Origin: Minisyncoccales bacterium
GTDB taxonomy: Bacteria > Patescibacteriota > Minisyncoccia > Minisyncoccales > JAGMDC01
Direction: 5' to 3'
Assembly: GCA_049642725.1 (NCBI GenBank)
Contig: JBARPC010000016.1
Coordinates: 14,838-78,837 of the forward strand
DNA: 64,000 nucleotides
In this document: piece by piece, positions 9,123 through 17,157 of the stretch
How positions within the stretch are numbered: position 1 is the stretch's first letter
How the letters are laid out: each line of letters begins with the position of its first letter
Position numbers and translations under genes: made by a program
The notes under the pieces: generated by a model
What the model saw: the letters and a program-made list of their open reading frames with translations, nothing else
What the model was told of the DNA's origin: nothing
Databases searched by the model: none

Positions 9123-10570
9123 ATTGGGAGTGAAAAACAAAAAGTGGATCCTTTCCTTTCCTCGGATTGAAACCAAATCCGACCTTTATGAGCTTCAATA
9201 ATATTTTTAGCGATATAAAGGCCAAGCCCAGTGCCTTCTGTATTTATTCTCAACACATTAGCTCCTCTAAAAAACTTGGAGAACACTCTGTCTAACTGGT
9301 CATTAGGAATTCCTATGCCAGTATCTTTTATACAAAGCTCTATTTTCATATTAGCACTTCTTAGAGAAATTGTCACCTCTCCCTTGGAAGGCGTATACCT
9401 AAGAGCATTTTCAATAAGATTTTGAATAGCTAATGTTATTTTTTCCTTATCTAATTTAATCTTAGGCAATTTCTCTTTTGGTTGTTGAAAAACAAGCTTA
9501 ATATTCTTCTGTTTTGCCATTTCCTGAAAAGAATCAACAACTGTTTCACATATTTCTTGAATATCAAAAAGAAAAACCTTAAAAATATATCTTCCCTCTT
9601 CAATTCTGGTAACATTTAAAAGATCATTAATTAAAGTAATCATTCTTTCATTGCTTTTATATGTTTTTTCTAAAAATTCTTTTTGCTTTTCAGTGACTGC
9701 GCCTAAATCACCATCCAATAACATTCTTAATGTCCATTTAACAGCTGATAAAGGCGTTCTTAATTGATGCGCCGAAATACTTACAAATTCTGTCTTTAAA
9801 TTTTCAATCATTTTTTCCCGAGTAATATTGTGTAAGCTAACCAATCTGCCAGTCCTTTTCCTCCCACGTATAACAATAATAGCAGAAATCTCCAAAACTA
9901 GATTTTTACGCACAATTAATTCTTCTCTAAATATCTCTTTTTCCTCCTCTCCTAAAAGATCTATTAATTTCCCAAAATCCCCAAACTTATAAAGTTCTGC
10001 AATATGTTTATTAATAACTTCCTCGCTTTCAACATTTAAAAATTCTTTAGCTTGCGGATTAATTAAAGTAAGGCGTCTTTCTTTATTAAAAACTAATAAG
10101 CCATCGCTGAAATTATTAATAATATCCAATGTCTTGTTCTTTTCTTCCTCTGTTCTTAATCTTGCTTCATTTAAATAAACATTAAAACGTCTCAAGTTTT
10201 TTATGGTAGCATTAAAGGTTTCTGATAATTCGCCAATTTCTGTGCCGGGAGAAACAGGGATTTTAACATCCAAATTGCCTTTTTTTATTTCCTGGCAGGC
10301 GAAAATAATGTCCTTTAACGGCTTTAAAAACCTAATCAACATAAAAAGCAAAACCGCAACAAAGAATAGCAATATGCTAAAAAGCGTCACAACATCGCGA
10401 ATCCATATCCCCTGAATTGCCTCGTCTATTTCTTTCTCTGCGCCCCCTTGGGAAACAATATTGGTTAATTCAGTTCTGCTTTGGTTTAAAGAAAAAAATA
10501 TTAATGCAGAACTTATAACTGCAAAAATTAAAAGAAATATTAAAACTTTAATATAGATAGAATGCTTCAT
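9119..10570 (-). CDS. sensor histidine kinase (TM-HAMP-PAS-HisKA-HATPase_c)
   Basis: H-box SISAHQLRTPLSAVKW. ATP-binding boxes NLIENALRYT, IKDTGIGIP, GTGLGLYIAKNIIEAHKGRIW. Two TM segments flank a short periplasmic part. Confidence 0.9.
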   Translation of the reverse strand: MKHSIYIKVLIFLLIFAVISSALIFFSLNQSRTELTNIVSQGGAEKEIDEAIQGIWIRDVVTLFSILLFFVAVLLFMLIRFLKPLKDIIFACQEIKKGNLDVKIPVSPGTEIGELSETFNATIKNLRRFNVYLNEARLRTEEEKNKTLDIINNFSDGLLVFNKERRLTLINPQAKEFLNVESEEVINKHIAELYKFGDFGKLIDLLGEEEKEIFREELIVRKNLVLEISAIIVIRGRKRTGRLVSLHNITREKMIENLKTEFVSISAHQLRTPLSAVKWTLRMLLDGDLGAVTEKQKEFLEKTYKSNERMITLINDLLNVTRIEEGRYIFKVFLFDIQEICETVVDSFQEMAKQKNIKLVFQQPKEKLPKIKLDKEKITLAIQNLIENALRYTPSKGEVTISLRSANMKIELCIKDTGIGIPNDQLDRVFSKFFRGANVLRINTEGTGLGLYIAKNIIEAHKGRIWFQSEERKGSTFCFSLPI

Positions 10571-10585
10571 TCTATAAATAAAACC

Positions 10586-10954
10586 TTATTTCAAAATTTT
10601 ATTGATTTTCTCAATAATCTCGTCCGGGGTAAAATGGGCTTTAATCATATAATCATGCGCTCCTAATCTTAACCCTTTTTCTATCTCTTCTCTTTGGCCT
10701 AAATTGGACAAAATAATAATTGGGATATTAGATGTTTCCTGGTCTTTTTTTATATGAGATAAAACTTTAAAACCATTTATCCTTGGTAAAACTAAATCAA
10801 GTAAAACCAATGCTGGTTTTTCTTCTTTTGTTTTTTTCATACCTTCCTCTCCGTCTAATGCCTCTAATGTCTGAAAACCTTCAAGAGTTAGTTTTTTTAC
10901 AATTATCTTTCTCAAAAATCTATCATCTTCTATAATAAGAATTTTTTTAGCCAT
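10586..10954 (-). CDS. single-domain response regulator, type B paralogue
   Basis: Collinear and highly similar to 8361..8729 (MAKKILIIEDDRFLR...HFTPDEIIEKI). Confidence 0.9.
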   Translation of the reverse strand: MAKKILIIEDDRFLRKIIVKKLTLEGFQTLEALDGEEGMKKTKEEKPALVLLDLVLPRINGFKVLSHIKKDQETSNIPIIILSNLGQREEIEKGLRLGAHDYMIKAHFTPDEIIEKINKILK

Positions 10955-10983
10955 ATAATTGTTATGTGTTATGTGAACTATTG

Positions 10984-11349
10984 TTAGATTTGTTTTTTTA
11001 CTTTTTCAATAACTTCCATTGGATCAAATTCTGTCTTTATCAACCAATCCTTGACTCCTAATTTCTTGGCTCTGTCTAATTCAACCGGCTGTCCTGAATT
11101 AGAAATAATAATCACTGGAATTTTTCTTAACTCATTGTCTTCTTTTAACTTCTCCATTACTTCAAATCCTCCCATTTCCGGCATAATAATATCTAACAAA
11201 ATAAGATCAGGTTTTTCTTTCTTTATCATTTCTAATCCTTGTCTTCCATTTTTTGAAGTTGAGACATCATAACCTTCTTGAGTCAATTTCTTCTGTAGAA
11301 GCTTAATCATTATTTCTTCATCTTCTATTAATAAAATTTTCTTTGCCAT
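10984..11349 (-). CDS. single-domain response regulator, type A paralogue
   Basis: Collinear and highly similar to 8757..9122 (...KDWLIKTEFDPMEVIEKVKKQI). Confidence 0.9.
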   Translation of the reverse strand: MAKKILLIEDEEIMIKLLQKKLTQEGYDVSTSKNGRQGLEMIKKEKPDLILLDIIMPEMGGFEVMEKLKEDNELRKIPVIIISNSGQPVELDRAKKLGVKDWLIKTEFDPMEVIEKVKKQI

Positions 11350-11361
11350 ATTAGTAATTAT

Positions 11362-12711
11362 TTATTCTTTTATAGGCAGAACAAAATAAAAAGTTGTTTT
11401 CTTGCCTTTGTTTGACTCAAACCAAATTCGACCTTTATGGGCTTCAATAATATTTTTAGTGATATAAAGACCAAGCCCTGTTCCATCTGTTTCCATTTGA
11501 ATTACATTAGCAGCTCTAAAAAATTTTGAAAAGATTTTCTTTTGCTGTTCTTTAGGAATTCCCACTCCGTTGTCTTCAATTGAAAATTCTATTTTGTTTT
11601 TAAATTTCTTTAAAGAAATTATTATTATGCCTCCGGGCTTTGTGTATATAATAGCATTATCTAAAAGGTTTTGGACGGCCAAGCATATTTTTTCTTTATC
11701 TACTAATACTTTTGGCAATTTATCCTTAGGTTTTTTAAATTTAAATTCAATATTTTTTTGTTTAATCTCTTCTTGGTAATTATTTATTATTGATTGAATT
11801 ATATTTTTCATATCAGCAGGAACTGGTTTGTAAAGATATTTTCCCTCTTCAATCCTAGTCACGTTCAAAAGATCATTGACTAAAGTAATCATTCTTTCAT
11901 TTGAGCCATAGCTTGTTCTAATAAATTCTTCCTGTTCTTTATTCAGTTTTCCTAAATCTCCATCTAAAATCATCTTTAAAGTCCATTTAATTGCTGAAAG
12001 AGGGGTTCTCAATTGATGGGCGGCTAAAGAAACAAATTCTGTTTTTATTGTTTCAATTCTTCTTTCCATAGTAATATCATGTAAGATAAATAGGGTTCCC
12101 GTCTTGCGTCTTGCTTTTTTTATAGAAACTATAATTAATTCTATATTTAAATCCGTTCTTGGTTTAATTTCTTTTTTAAAAACGTTCTTATTTATTTTCT
12201 TGCTTTGTTTAAATGCCTTTAAAAACTCAATTCCGGAGATTTTACTTAATTCTAAAATAGTCCTGCCAATTAAGTTCTTACTTCTTAGATTTAAAAAAGC
12301 TTCAGCCATAGGATTAACAAAAGAAACCTTGTCCTTGCTGTCCAAAACTAATAAGCCGTCTGTAAAATTATTAATAATAGTTAATGTTTTGTTTTTTTCT
12401 AATTCAGTTTGTTTTAATGTATTCATCAACGCCTTCTTTGATTTTTCTAAATCCTTGGTTCTCTCTTTAACTTTTTGGTCCAAGCTCTTTGCCAGCTCCC
12501 TAAGTTCTCTTGTTCTTGCGCTTACTCTTATCTCAAGCGTTGTTTTGGCATCTTCTAATTCTTCTTTAAGTATTTCTAATTCTTTAAATTCTTCCTCCCT
12601 TTTTTCTCTGGTTTTCATCAACTCAAAATCACGTCTCACTAAAAGCTTAGCAATTCTGTCCATCTCTTCTAATTCTTTAATCCTCTTTTCTTGTCCTTTA
12701 GGTTTAAGCAT
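11362..12711 (-). CDS. cytoplasmic histidine kinase (coiled coil, PAS, HisKA, HATPase_c)
   Basis: No TM segment and a charged coiled-coil N-terminus. H-box SLAAHQLRTPLSAIKW. GTGLGLYITKNIIEAHKGRIWF. Confidence 0.85.
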   Translation of the reverse strand: MLKPKGQEKRIKELEEMDRIAKLLVRRDFELMKTREKREEEFKELEILKEELEDAKTTLEIRVSARTRELRELAKSLDQKVKERTKDLEKSKKALMNTLKQTELEKNKTLTIINNFTDGLLVLDSKDKVSFVNPMAEAFLNLRSKNLIGRTILELSKISGIEFLKAFKQSKKINKNVFKKEIKPRTDLNIELIIVSIKKARRKTGTLFILHDITMERRIETIKTEFVSLAAHQLRTPLSAIKWTLKMILDGDLGKLNKEQEEFIRTSYGSNERMITLVNDLLNVTRIEEGKYLYKPVPADMKNIIQSIINNYQEEIKQKNIEFKFKKPKDKLPKVLVDKEKICLAVQNLLDNAIIYTKPGGIIIISLKKFKNKIEFSIEDNGVGIPKEQQKKIFSKFFRAANVIQMETDGTGLGLYITKNIIEAHKGRIWFESNKGKKTTFYFVLPIKE

Positions 12712-12801
12712 TTTTTTTAAAAAATATTTTTAGAAAACAAAAAATCTTAAAGCTGTTTGGAAGCCCTTATCATAATTTTAAAATTTTAATTCCAACCTGC
12801 C

Positions 12802-13983
12802 TTACTCTCCTAAAACCATTAAAGCCATTGTCTCATTATGGAAAACAGAAAAACATTCCGGACCCACACGCCCTCCCAAGGGTGCTTGCTCGCCATAAGT
12901 ATAAAATCCGATTAAAGGAACTTCTTTTCCTAAAACCCCTTGAATGGCTTTAATCTCTTCTCCAATTCTTGAACCTAATAACTTGTTTCTGGCTATACAA
13001 TCAAAGACAAAAATGGCCTTGGGCTTGCTTCCTTTAAGCTGCTTTTTGGCGCTCTCTGCTGCTTCTTTAGCTGCTTGAATGGCCTTGTCTGGATCTCCTA
13101 ACATCAAACGAATTTCAGAACCTTGAGGAATTTCTGCCGCGCAATCAATTCTGCCCTCCTTATCAGCAATAACCACATCTCTAATTAAAAGCTCATCGCT
13201 TCCCTCTACGCTCATTCCTAAAGGATAAGTATAAGCCATTTTAGCAATCGGCTCTTTAATTAGTTCTTCTGCCCTCTTACCGAAATATTCTTCATAAATA
13301 CTCAACGCTGGCTTATTATTAATTTCTATCAACTTTGCTCCTTCTGCTTTGGTTACTTTCATTGGCAAACCAATCGGCTCCCATCCATGTTTTACACCTA
13401 TGCCTAAAGAAAATTTACCCGAAAGCCCTAAACCAACTACCGCTCCGCTTAAAACCTGGTCCTGGTAATATTCATATGTTTTTTTAAATTTGAAATCATC
13501 ACCAGCCGAACCGCCCATAATAGGAAAATTCTTTCCTAATATATCTTGAACCCCTCTAACAAGAGCTGCACCGTTCTCGGCTAAGCCGTCAGGAAGCATT
13601 GTAAATAAAGAAATCTGTTCTTCTGCTTTGTTTTTTATATCTTCTGCCACTTTCCTGCCTGCTTCAAAAGAATTCTTTTGGGCGGCTTCGCCTAATCCAA
13701 TATTAAATTTAATTTGGTCAGAACTTAATGCCATAACCGCCACATGCTTTGAAGACGGCCCTTCGCCAGTTATTTCTCCTGCATCACTGCAGCCGATTAA
13801 TGACGTCTCTTTAGAAACAAATCTCACTCCTTGAAGCATCTTTTTTTGGTCATAGACAACGCTGGAAAAAACAATTATTAAATCAGCTTTACCATCGGCC
13901 TTGCTTAAGGCCTGCTGGCATGCCTCATTTCCAGCTTCAACAGCATCAGAATTATTACTTTTTCCTACGCCAACTTTAATCAT
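12802..13983 (-). CDS. FIST-domain signalling protein
   Basis: 393 aa. N-terminal ADLIIVFSS...LIGCSDAGEI and C-terminal AIFVFDCIARNKLLG...GFYTYGEQAP are FIST_N/FIST_C-like patterns. Lies upstream of the kinase array. Confidence 0.75.
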   Translation of the reverse strand: MIKVGVGKSNNSDAVEAGNEACQQALSKADGKADLIIVFSSVVYDQKKMLQGVRFVSKETSLIGCSDAGEITGEGPSSKHVAVMALSSDQIKFNIGLGEAAQKNSFEAGRKVAEDIKNKAEEQISLFTMLPDGLAENGAALVRGVQDILGKNFPIMGGSAGDDFKFKKTYEYYQDQVLSGAVVGLGLSGKFSLGIGVKHGWEPIGLPMKVTKAEGAKLIEINNKPALSIYEEYFGKRAEELIKEPIAKMAYTYPLGMSVEGSDELLIRDVVIADKEGRIDCAAEIPQGSEIRLMLGDPDKAIQAAKEAAESAKKQLKGSKPKAIFVFDCIARNKLLGSRIGEEIKAIQGVLGKEVPLIGFYTYGEQAPLGGRVGPECFSVFHNETMALMVLGE

Positions 13984-14026
13984 AATATTATATTATTTTT
14001 TACTTTTTTCTTTTCGACCTTTTACT

Positions 14027-14932
14027 TTAAGGTATTCTATTAATTAAGCTATAAAAGCTATATTTTTTCAGAATCTCAACCACCTTTTCCTTATTATAAC
14101 CTTTCCTTTCACATTTTGCCAAATTAAAAACTAAAGGCGCGTCTGTCCGCGCCTTTGCTAAATCATAAGAAAAAAATACCTGCTCCTTGCAGTTCAATAA
14201 GAGCTCCTTGATTTTTGTTTTTAAATCCCATGCCTCGCCTGCTTCTATTGTCTTATAAAGATTTTCAATACTGCCGTATTCTTGAAGCAGTTCAACTGCT
14301 GTTTTCTTTCCAATGCCGGCAGCGCCTGGAATATTATCTGATGGATCGCCGGCTAAGGCCTTAAAATCAACCACTTGCTTTGGCAAAATCCCAAACCGTT
14401 CCTTAATTTTCTCCTCGTCATAAATAACAGTATCTTTAATCCCCTTGCCCAGAGTATAAACTTTAACATTTTGATTAACAAGCTGAAGCGCGTCTAAATC
14501 GCCTGTTAAAATTATGGTTTCAATTTTAGGCCCCCCACCACTTTTAGAATAAAAGTGGTGGGGGGTATTCGCAATAGTGGCAATTAAGTCATCCGCTTCA
14601 AATCCTTGTTCTTCAAAAATAGGGATTTGAAAACAATTCAAAATTTCCTTTATTTTTGGAATTTGCTCGTATAATTCATCCGGCGCTTTTACTCTTTTTG
14701 CTTTGTATTCAGTAAATTTTTTATGCCTGAAATTTGGTGCTGGAAAATCAAAAGTAGCAGCGATATAATCTGGTTTGAGTTCTTTTAAGACCTTTAAAAG
14801 AATAGAAAAATATCCGTAAACAGCATTAACCAGCTCGCCTTTCTTTGTTCTAAAAGGAGGCAGGGCATGGTATGCCCTATGCACCAAAGCATTGCTGTCA
14901 ATAATCACAAGACACTTTTTTTTCTCTTCCAT
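14027..14932 (-). CDS. stand-alone 5'-3' exonuclease (Pol I N-terminal/FEN-like)
   Basis: LVIIDSNALVHRAYHALP...FEADDLIATIA...LTGDLDALQLV...GDPSDNIPGAAGIGKKTA match the 5'-3' exonuclease/H3TH motifs. Confidence 0.85.
   Translation of the reverse strand: MEEKKKCLVIIDSNALVHRAYHALPPFRTKKGELVNAVYGYFSILLKVLKELKPDYIAATFDFPAPNFRHKKFTEYKAKRVKAPDELYEQIPKIKEILNCFQIPIFEEQGFEADDLIATIANTPHHFYSKSGGGPKIETIILTGDLDALQLVNQNVKVYTLGKGIKDTVIYDEEKIKERFGILPKQVVDFKALAGDPSDNIPGAAGIGKKTAVELLQEYGSIENLYKTIEAGEAWDLKTKIKELLLNCKEQVFFSYDLAKARTDAPLVFNLAKCERKGYNKEKVVEILKKYSFYSLINRIP
14531..14565. repeat. perfect 15-bp inverted repeat CCCCCCACCACTTTT-AGAAT-AAAAGTGGTGGGGGG inside the exonuclease CDS
   Basis: Read directly from the sequence. 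Encodes TPHHFYSKSGGGP in frame. Same arm sequence as 35560..35642. Confidence 0.9.
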
Positions 14933-14938
14933 TTTTCA

Positions 14939-14947
14939 ATTATACCA
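14939..14947 (-). promoter_or_regulatory. extended -10 (TGGTATAAT) placed 6 nt before the exonuclease ATG
   Basis: Minus strand reads TGTGTGGTATAATTGAAAAATGG. The spacing implies a leaderless or near-leaderless mRNA. Confidence 0.5.
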
Positions 14948-14961
14948 CACAAAAGCTATCA
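14941..14961. repeat. 21-mer TATACCACACAAAAGCTATCA, copy 1 (copy 2 at 19743..19763)
   Basis: Identical 21-mer found by eye at both sites. Here it carries an intact extended -10. Confidence 0.7.
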
Positions 14962-15029
14962 ATGCGTAAAATAACCAATGGAGTGAATAAAGCCGCAACC
15001 AATCCGCCTTGAATCATAAAGAATTAAAG

Positions 15030-15389
15030 TTAGACAATGCTTTCATAATGCTGAATACGGTTTAATTTATGGCTTTGGTCTAAAACTACGCAAACAGCGT
15101 CTATGCGACATTGTCCTTTCCATCTTTTTCTGGCGCTGTAAGCATTAGCGCTTCTTACTAATTTTCTGATTTTCTCTTTATTAATGGTTTCTTCGGGAGA
15201 ACCAAACTTTTCACTGGTTTTTGTTCTTACTTCTACAAAAACAAGAACATCATTTTTTTTAGCAATTAAATCAATCTCTGAATATCTGGTTTGGCAGTTC
15301 TGTTCCATTATATTATAATCCTTGTCTTCTAAATATTCTTTAGCAATCTCTTCTCCTATCCGCCCTATTTGAAGATTATGCTCTGTCAT
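15030..15389 (-). CDS. yraN: YraN family (UPF0102) endonuclease-like protein
   Basis: GRIGEEIAKEYLEDKDYNIMEQN...SEIDLIAKK...LVFVEVRTKT is the YraN pattern. Start moved to the internal Met (MTEHN) to remove a long overlap with comM. Confidence 0.75.
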   Translation of the reverse strand: MTEHNLQIGRIGEEIAKEYLEDKDYNIMEQNCQTRYSEIDLIAKKNDVLVFVEVRTKTSEKFGSPEETINKEKIRKLVRSANAYSARKRWKGQCRIDAVCVVLDQSHKLNRIQHYESIV

Positions 15390-16914
15390 ATATCTTTGGC
15401 GGTAAAGCATATTGCAAGGCCTCTGCCATATGGCTTGCCTGAATATCCTGAGAATTTTCCAAATCAGCAATAGTTCTGGCTGTTTTAATCATTTTGTAAT
15501 AAGAACGGGCAGAAATTTGAAGCATTATTCCAGCCTGATGCAGTATTTTTTCCACTTCTCCTGATAAAGCACAGAATTTTTTTATCTGCTTGTTTTTCAT
15601 TTCAGAATTAGTGTAAACACTTTCACCCTGAAATCTTTGCTCCTGAATTTTTCTTGCCTTTTCCACTCTCTTTCTTATATCTTCTGATGTTTCAAGATTC
15701 GGTTTGTCTTGGGAAAGCTCTTCAATATCAACTGCTGGAACCTCAATATAAATATCAATTCTATCTAAAATTGGGCCTGATATCCGTTTTTTGTACTTTA
15801 AAATTTCTCGAGGGCTGCAAATGCAGGCCTTTTTCGGATGGTTTAAATATCCGCAAGGGCAGGAGTTACTAGATGCAACCAGCATAAACTCAGCAGGATA
15901 ACTCACTCTTGCTTTAGAACGAGCAATAGAAACTACTCCATCTTCTAACGGCTGCCTTAAGGCCTCTAATACAGAACGTGGAAATTCATTAAATTCGTCT
16001 AAAAACAATACTCCGCGATGAGCTAAGCTTATTTCTCCAGGACTGGGATTACTTCCGCCTCCGATAAGACCAACCTGCGAAATAGTGTGATGAGGCGAAC
16101 GAAATGGCGGCATTCTTACCAAAGAACCTTGAGCAGGAATATTACCAGTGACAGAATATATTTTTGTCACTTCTAATGACTCTGGATTTTGAAGAGGCGG
16201 TAAAACTCCTGGCAAAGCCCGGGCAAGCATTGTTTTCCCAGCCCCAGGACTGCCAACCATAAAAATATTATGGCCGCCGGCAGCAGCAATTTCCACTGCC
16301 CGCTTTGCCTGCTCCTGTCCTAAAATCTCTGACATATCAAAATCAACTCTATGCTCATCTAATCCAAAACAAACAGAATTATTATACTTTGCCGGCTCTA
16401 AAAGTTTTTTGTTAAGTAAATGAGCTAAAAGCTGGGACAAGGTTTCCACAGGATAAACTTTAATTTCTGGAACAATGGCTGCCTCATTGGCTGATGCTTT
16501 AGGAATAAAAATTTGCTTAAACCCTGCCTCTTTGGCAAAAAGAGCTAAAAGCAATGCTCCTCTGGTATGCCTTAAATTCCCGTCCAAAGAGAGTTCGCCA
16601 AAGAAAAGGGATTTTTCTGAAACAGGAAAACCAATTGTTGCACAAAGAATACCTATTGCAATTGGCAAATCATAAAATGAGCCCTCCTTGGGAATATCAG
16701 CCGGAGCCAAATTAACGGTGATTTTTCTGGCCGGAAAATCAATATTTGAATTTATAATAGCTGTCCTCACTCTTTCCTTGCTTTCATCAACTGCCTTGCT
16801 CGGCAAACCGACAATGTCAAAACCAGGCAATCCCCTGCTTGCTATATTTATTTCCACATCCACCGCTATTGTCTTTAATCCTATATTCAATGCTGACCCT
16901 ATTTTAATTAGCAT
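15376..16914 (-). CDS. comM: Mg-chelatase-like AAA ATPase ComM/YifB
   Basis: N-terminal Lon-like fold (GLPGFDIVGLP...), Walker A GSPGAGKTMLA, LFLDEFNEF, C-terminal ChlI/ComM tail. Confidence 0.9.
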   Translation of the reverse strand: MLIKIGSALNIGLKTIAVDVEINIASRGLPGFDIVGLPSKAVDESKERVRTAIINSNIDFPARKITVNLAPADIPKEGSFYDLPIAIGILCATIGFPVSEKSLFFGELSLDGNLRHTRGALLLALFAKEAGFKQIFIPKASANEAAIVPEIKVYPVETLSQLLAHLLNKKLLEPAKYNNSVCFGLDEHRVDFDMSEILGQEQAKRAVEIAAAGGHNIFMVGSPGAGKTMLARALPGVLPPLQNPESLEVTKIYSVTGNIPAQGSLVRMPPFRSPHHTISQVGLIGGGSNPSPGEISLAHRGVLFLDEFNEFPRSVLEALRQPLEDGVVSIARSKARVSYPAEFMLVASSNSCPCGYLNHPKKACICSPREILKYKKRISGPILDRIDIYIEVPAVDIEELSQDKPNLETSEDIRKRVEKARKIQEQRFQGESVYTNSEMKNKQIKKFCALSGEVEKILHQAGIMLQISARSYYKMIKTARTIADLENSQDIQASHMAEALQYALPPKIYDRA

Positions 16915-16937
16915 AATACTAAAATTTCTAATTTTTA

Positions 16938-16946
16938 TGGTATAAT
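16938..16946 (+). promoter_or_regulatory. extended -10 promoter (TGGTATAAT) for the downstream small RNA
   Basis: TG-G-TATAAT at 16938..16946. It lies 7-12 nt upstream of the start of the paired region. Confidence 0.5.
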
Positions 16947-16953
16947 TTTAATT

Positions 16954-17030
16954 GTGGTGGGGATGGCGTAGTGCGAAGTCGGGCTTATCATCCATGGCCT
17001 TCGGGGTGCAAATCCCCGCATCTCCACTAC
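16954..17030 (+). ncRNA. tRNA-like structured RNA (alanine-type acceptor stem and T-arm, non-canonical core)
   Basis: 5' GGGGATG (16959..16965) pairs with CATCTCC (17019..17025), including G3:U70. A17026 is at the discriminator position. The adjacent hairpin is CGGGG-TGCAAAT-CCCCG. The helix extends to 12 bp (16954..16965 / 17019..17030), with two G:U pairs that would be A:C on the other strand. I could not fold a D or anticodon arm. Confidence 0.4.
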
Positions 17031-17037
17031 CTTAAAA

Positions 17038-17051
17038 TTATCCACAGTTTC
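17038..17051 (+). promoter_or_regulatory. perfect DnaA box TTATCCACA within the 14-mer TTATCCACAGTTTC, 10 nt upstream of a -35
   Basis: Exact consensus 9-mer at 17038..17046. The identical 14-mer recurs on the minus strand at 32785..32798. Confidence 0.4.
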
Positions 17052-17056
17052 TTCTA

Positions 17057-17084
17057 TTGACAAAATGTTTTGATTTGCTATACT
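17057..17084 (+). promoter_or_regulatory. near-consensus promoter TTGACA-16 nt-TGcTATACT
   Basis: TTGACA 17057..17062 and TATACT 17079..17084, preceded by TG (extended -10). Confidence 0.5.
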
Positions 17085-17090
17085 TATATT

Positions 17091-17157
17091 GGATGATAGG
17101 CCTGGATCTCGTATTACGTTAAGATCAGCGAAAAATTCTGCGAAAGCAGGATTTTTT
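17091..17157 (+). ncRNA. possible short transcript between promoter and terminator, converging on the dprA 3' end
   Basis: Defined only by the flanking promoter and terminator. Contains hairpin GATCT-N12-AGATC. No coding potential. Confidence 0.25.
17134..17157. terminator. bidirectional rho-independent terminator (dprA 3' end / plus-strand RNA)
   Basis: AATTCTGC-GAAA-GCAGGATT followed by TTTTGTTT. On the minus strand the same stem is followed by TTTTT right after the dprA stop. Confidence 0.6.

Noticed and set aside
12104-12733. 209-aa plus-strand ORF antisense to histidine kinase 3 (and similar antisense ORFs such as 3657..4004, 4023..4409, 4636..5028, 8740..9072, 56583..56972, 60892..61266)
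   Set aside because: The products are Ser/Phe/Leu/Ile-rich and low-complexity, typical of antisense frames of Lys/Glu-rich AT-rich genes. The opposite-strand genes carry clear catalytic motifs.
15390-15470. N-terminal extensions of track ORFs (yraN to 15470, tyrS to 41010, VirB4-like to 52000, DksA-like to 59760, receiver to 9176, ruvB TTG 35779, LTD TTG 36866, HTH protein TTG 32723)
   Set aside because: The extensions overlap upstream genes or repeats and add non-conserved residues. Internal ATG starts restore family-typical N-termini and tight gene junctions.
16954-17030. Calling this locus a canonical tRNA (or a minus-strand tRNA ending in CCA)
   Set aside because: Only 36 nt separate the acceptor 5' strand from the T-arm, and no 5-bp/7-nt anticodon arm or D-stem can be drawn. 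On the minus strand the sequence ends ...CATCCCCACCAC. However, the stem then has A:C mismatches and no T-arm precedes the 3' strand. It is kept as a tRNA-like ncRNA candidate only.
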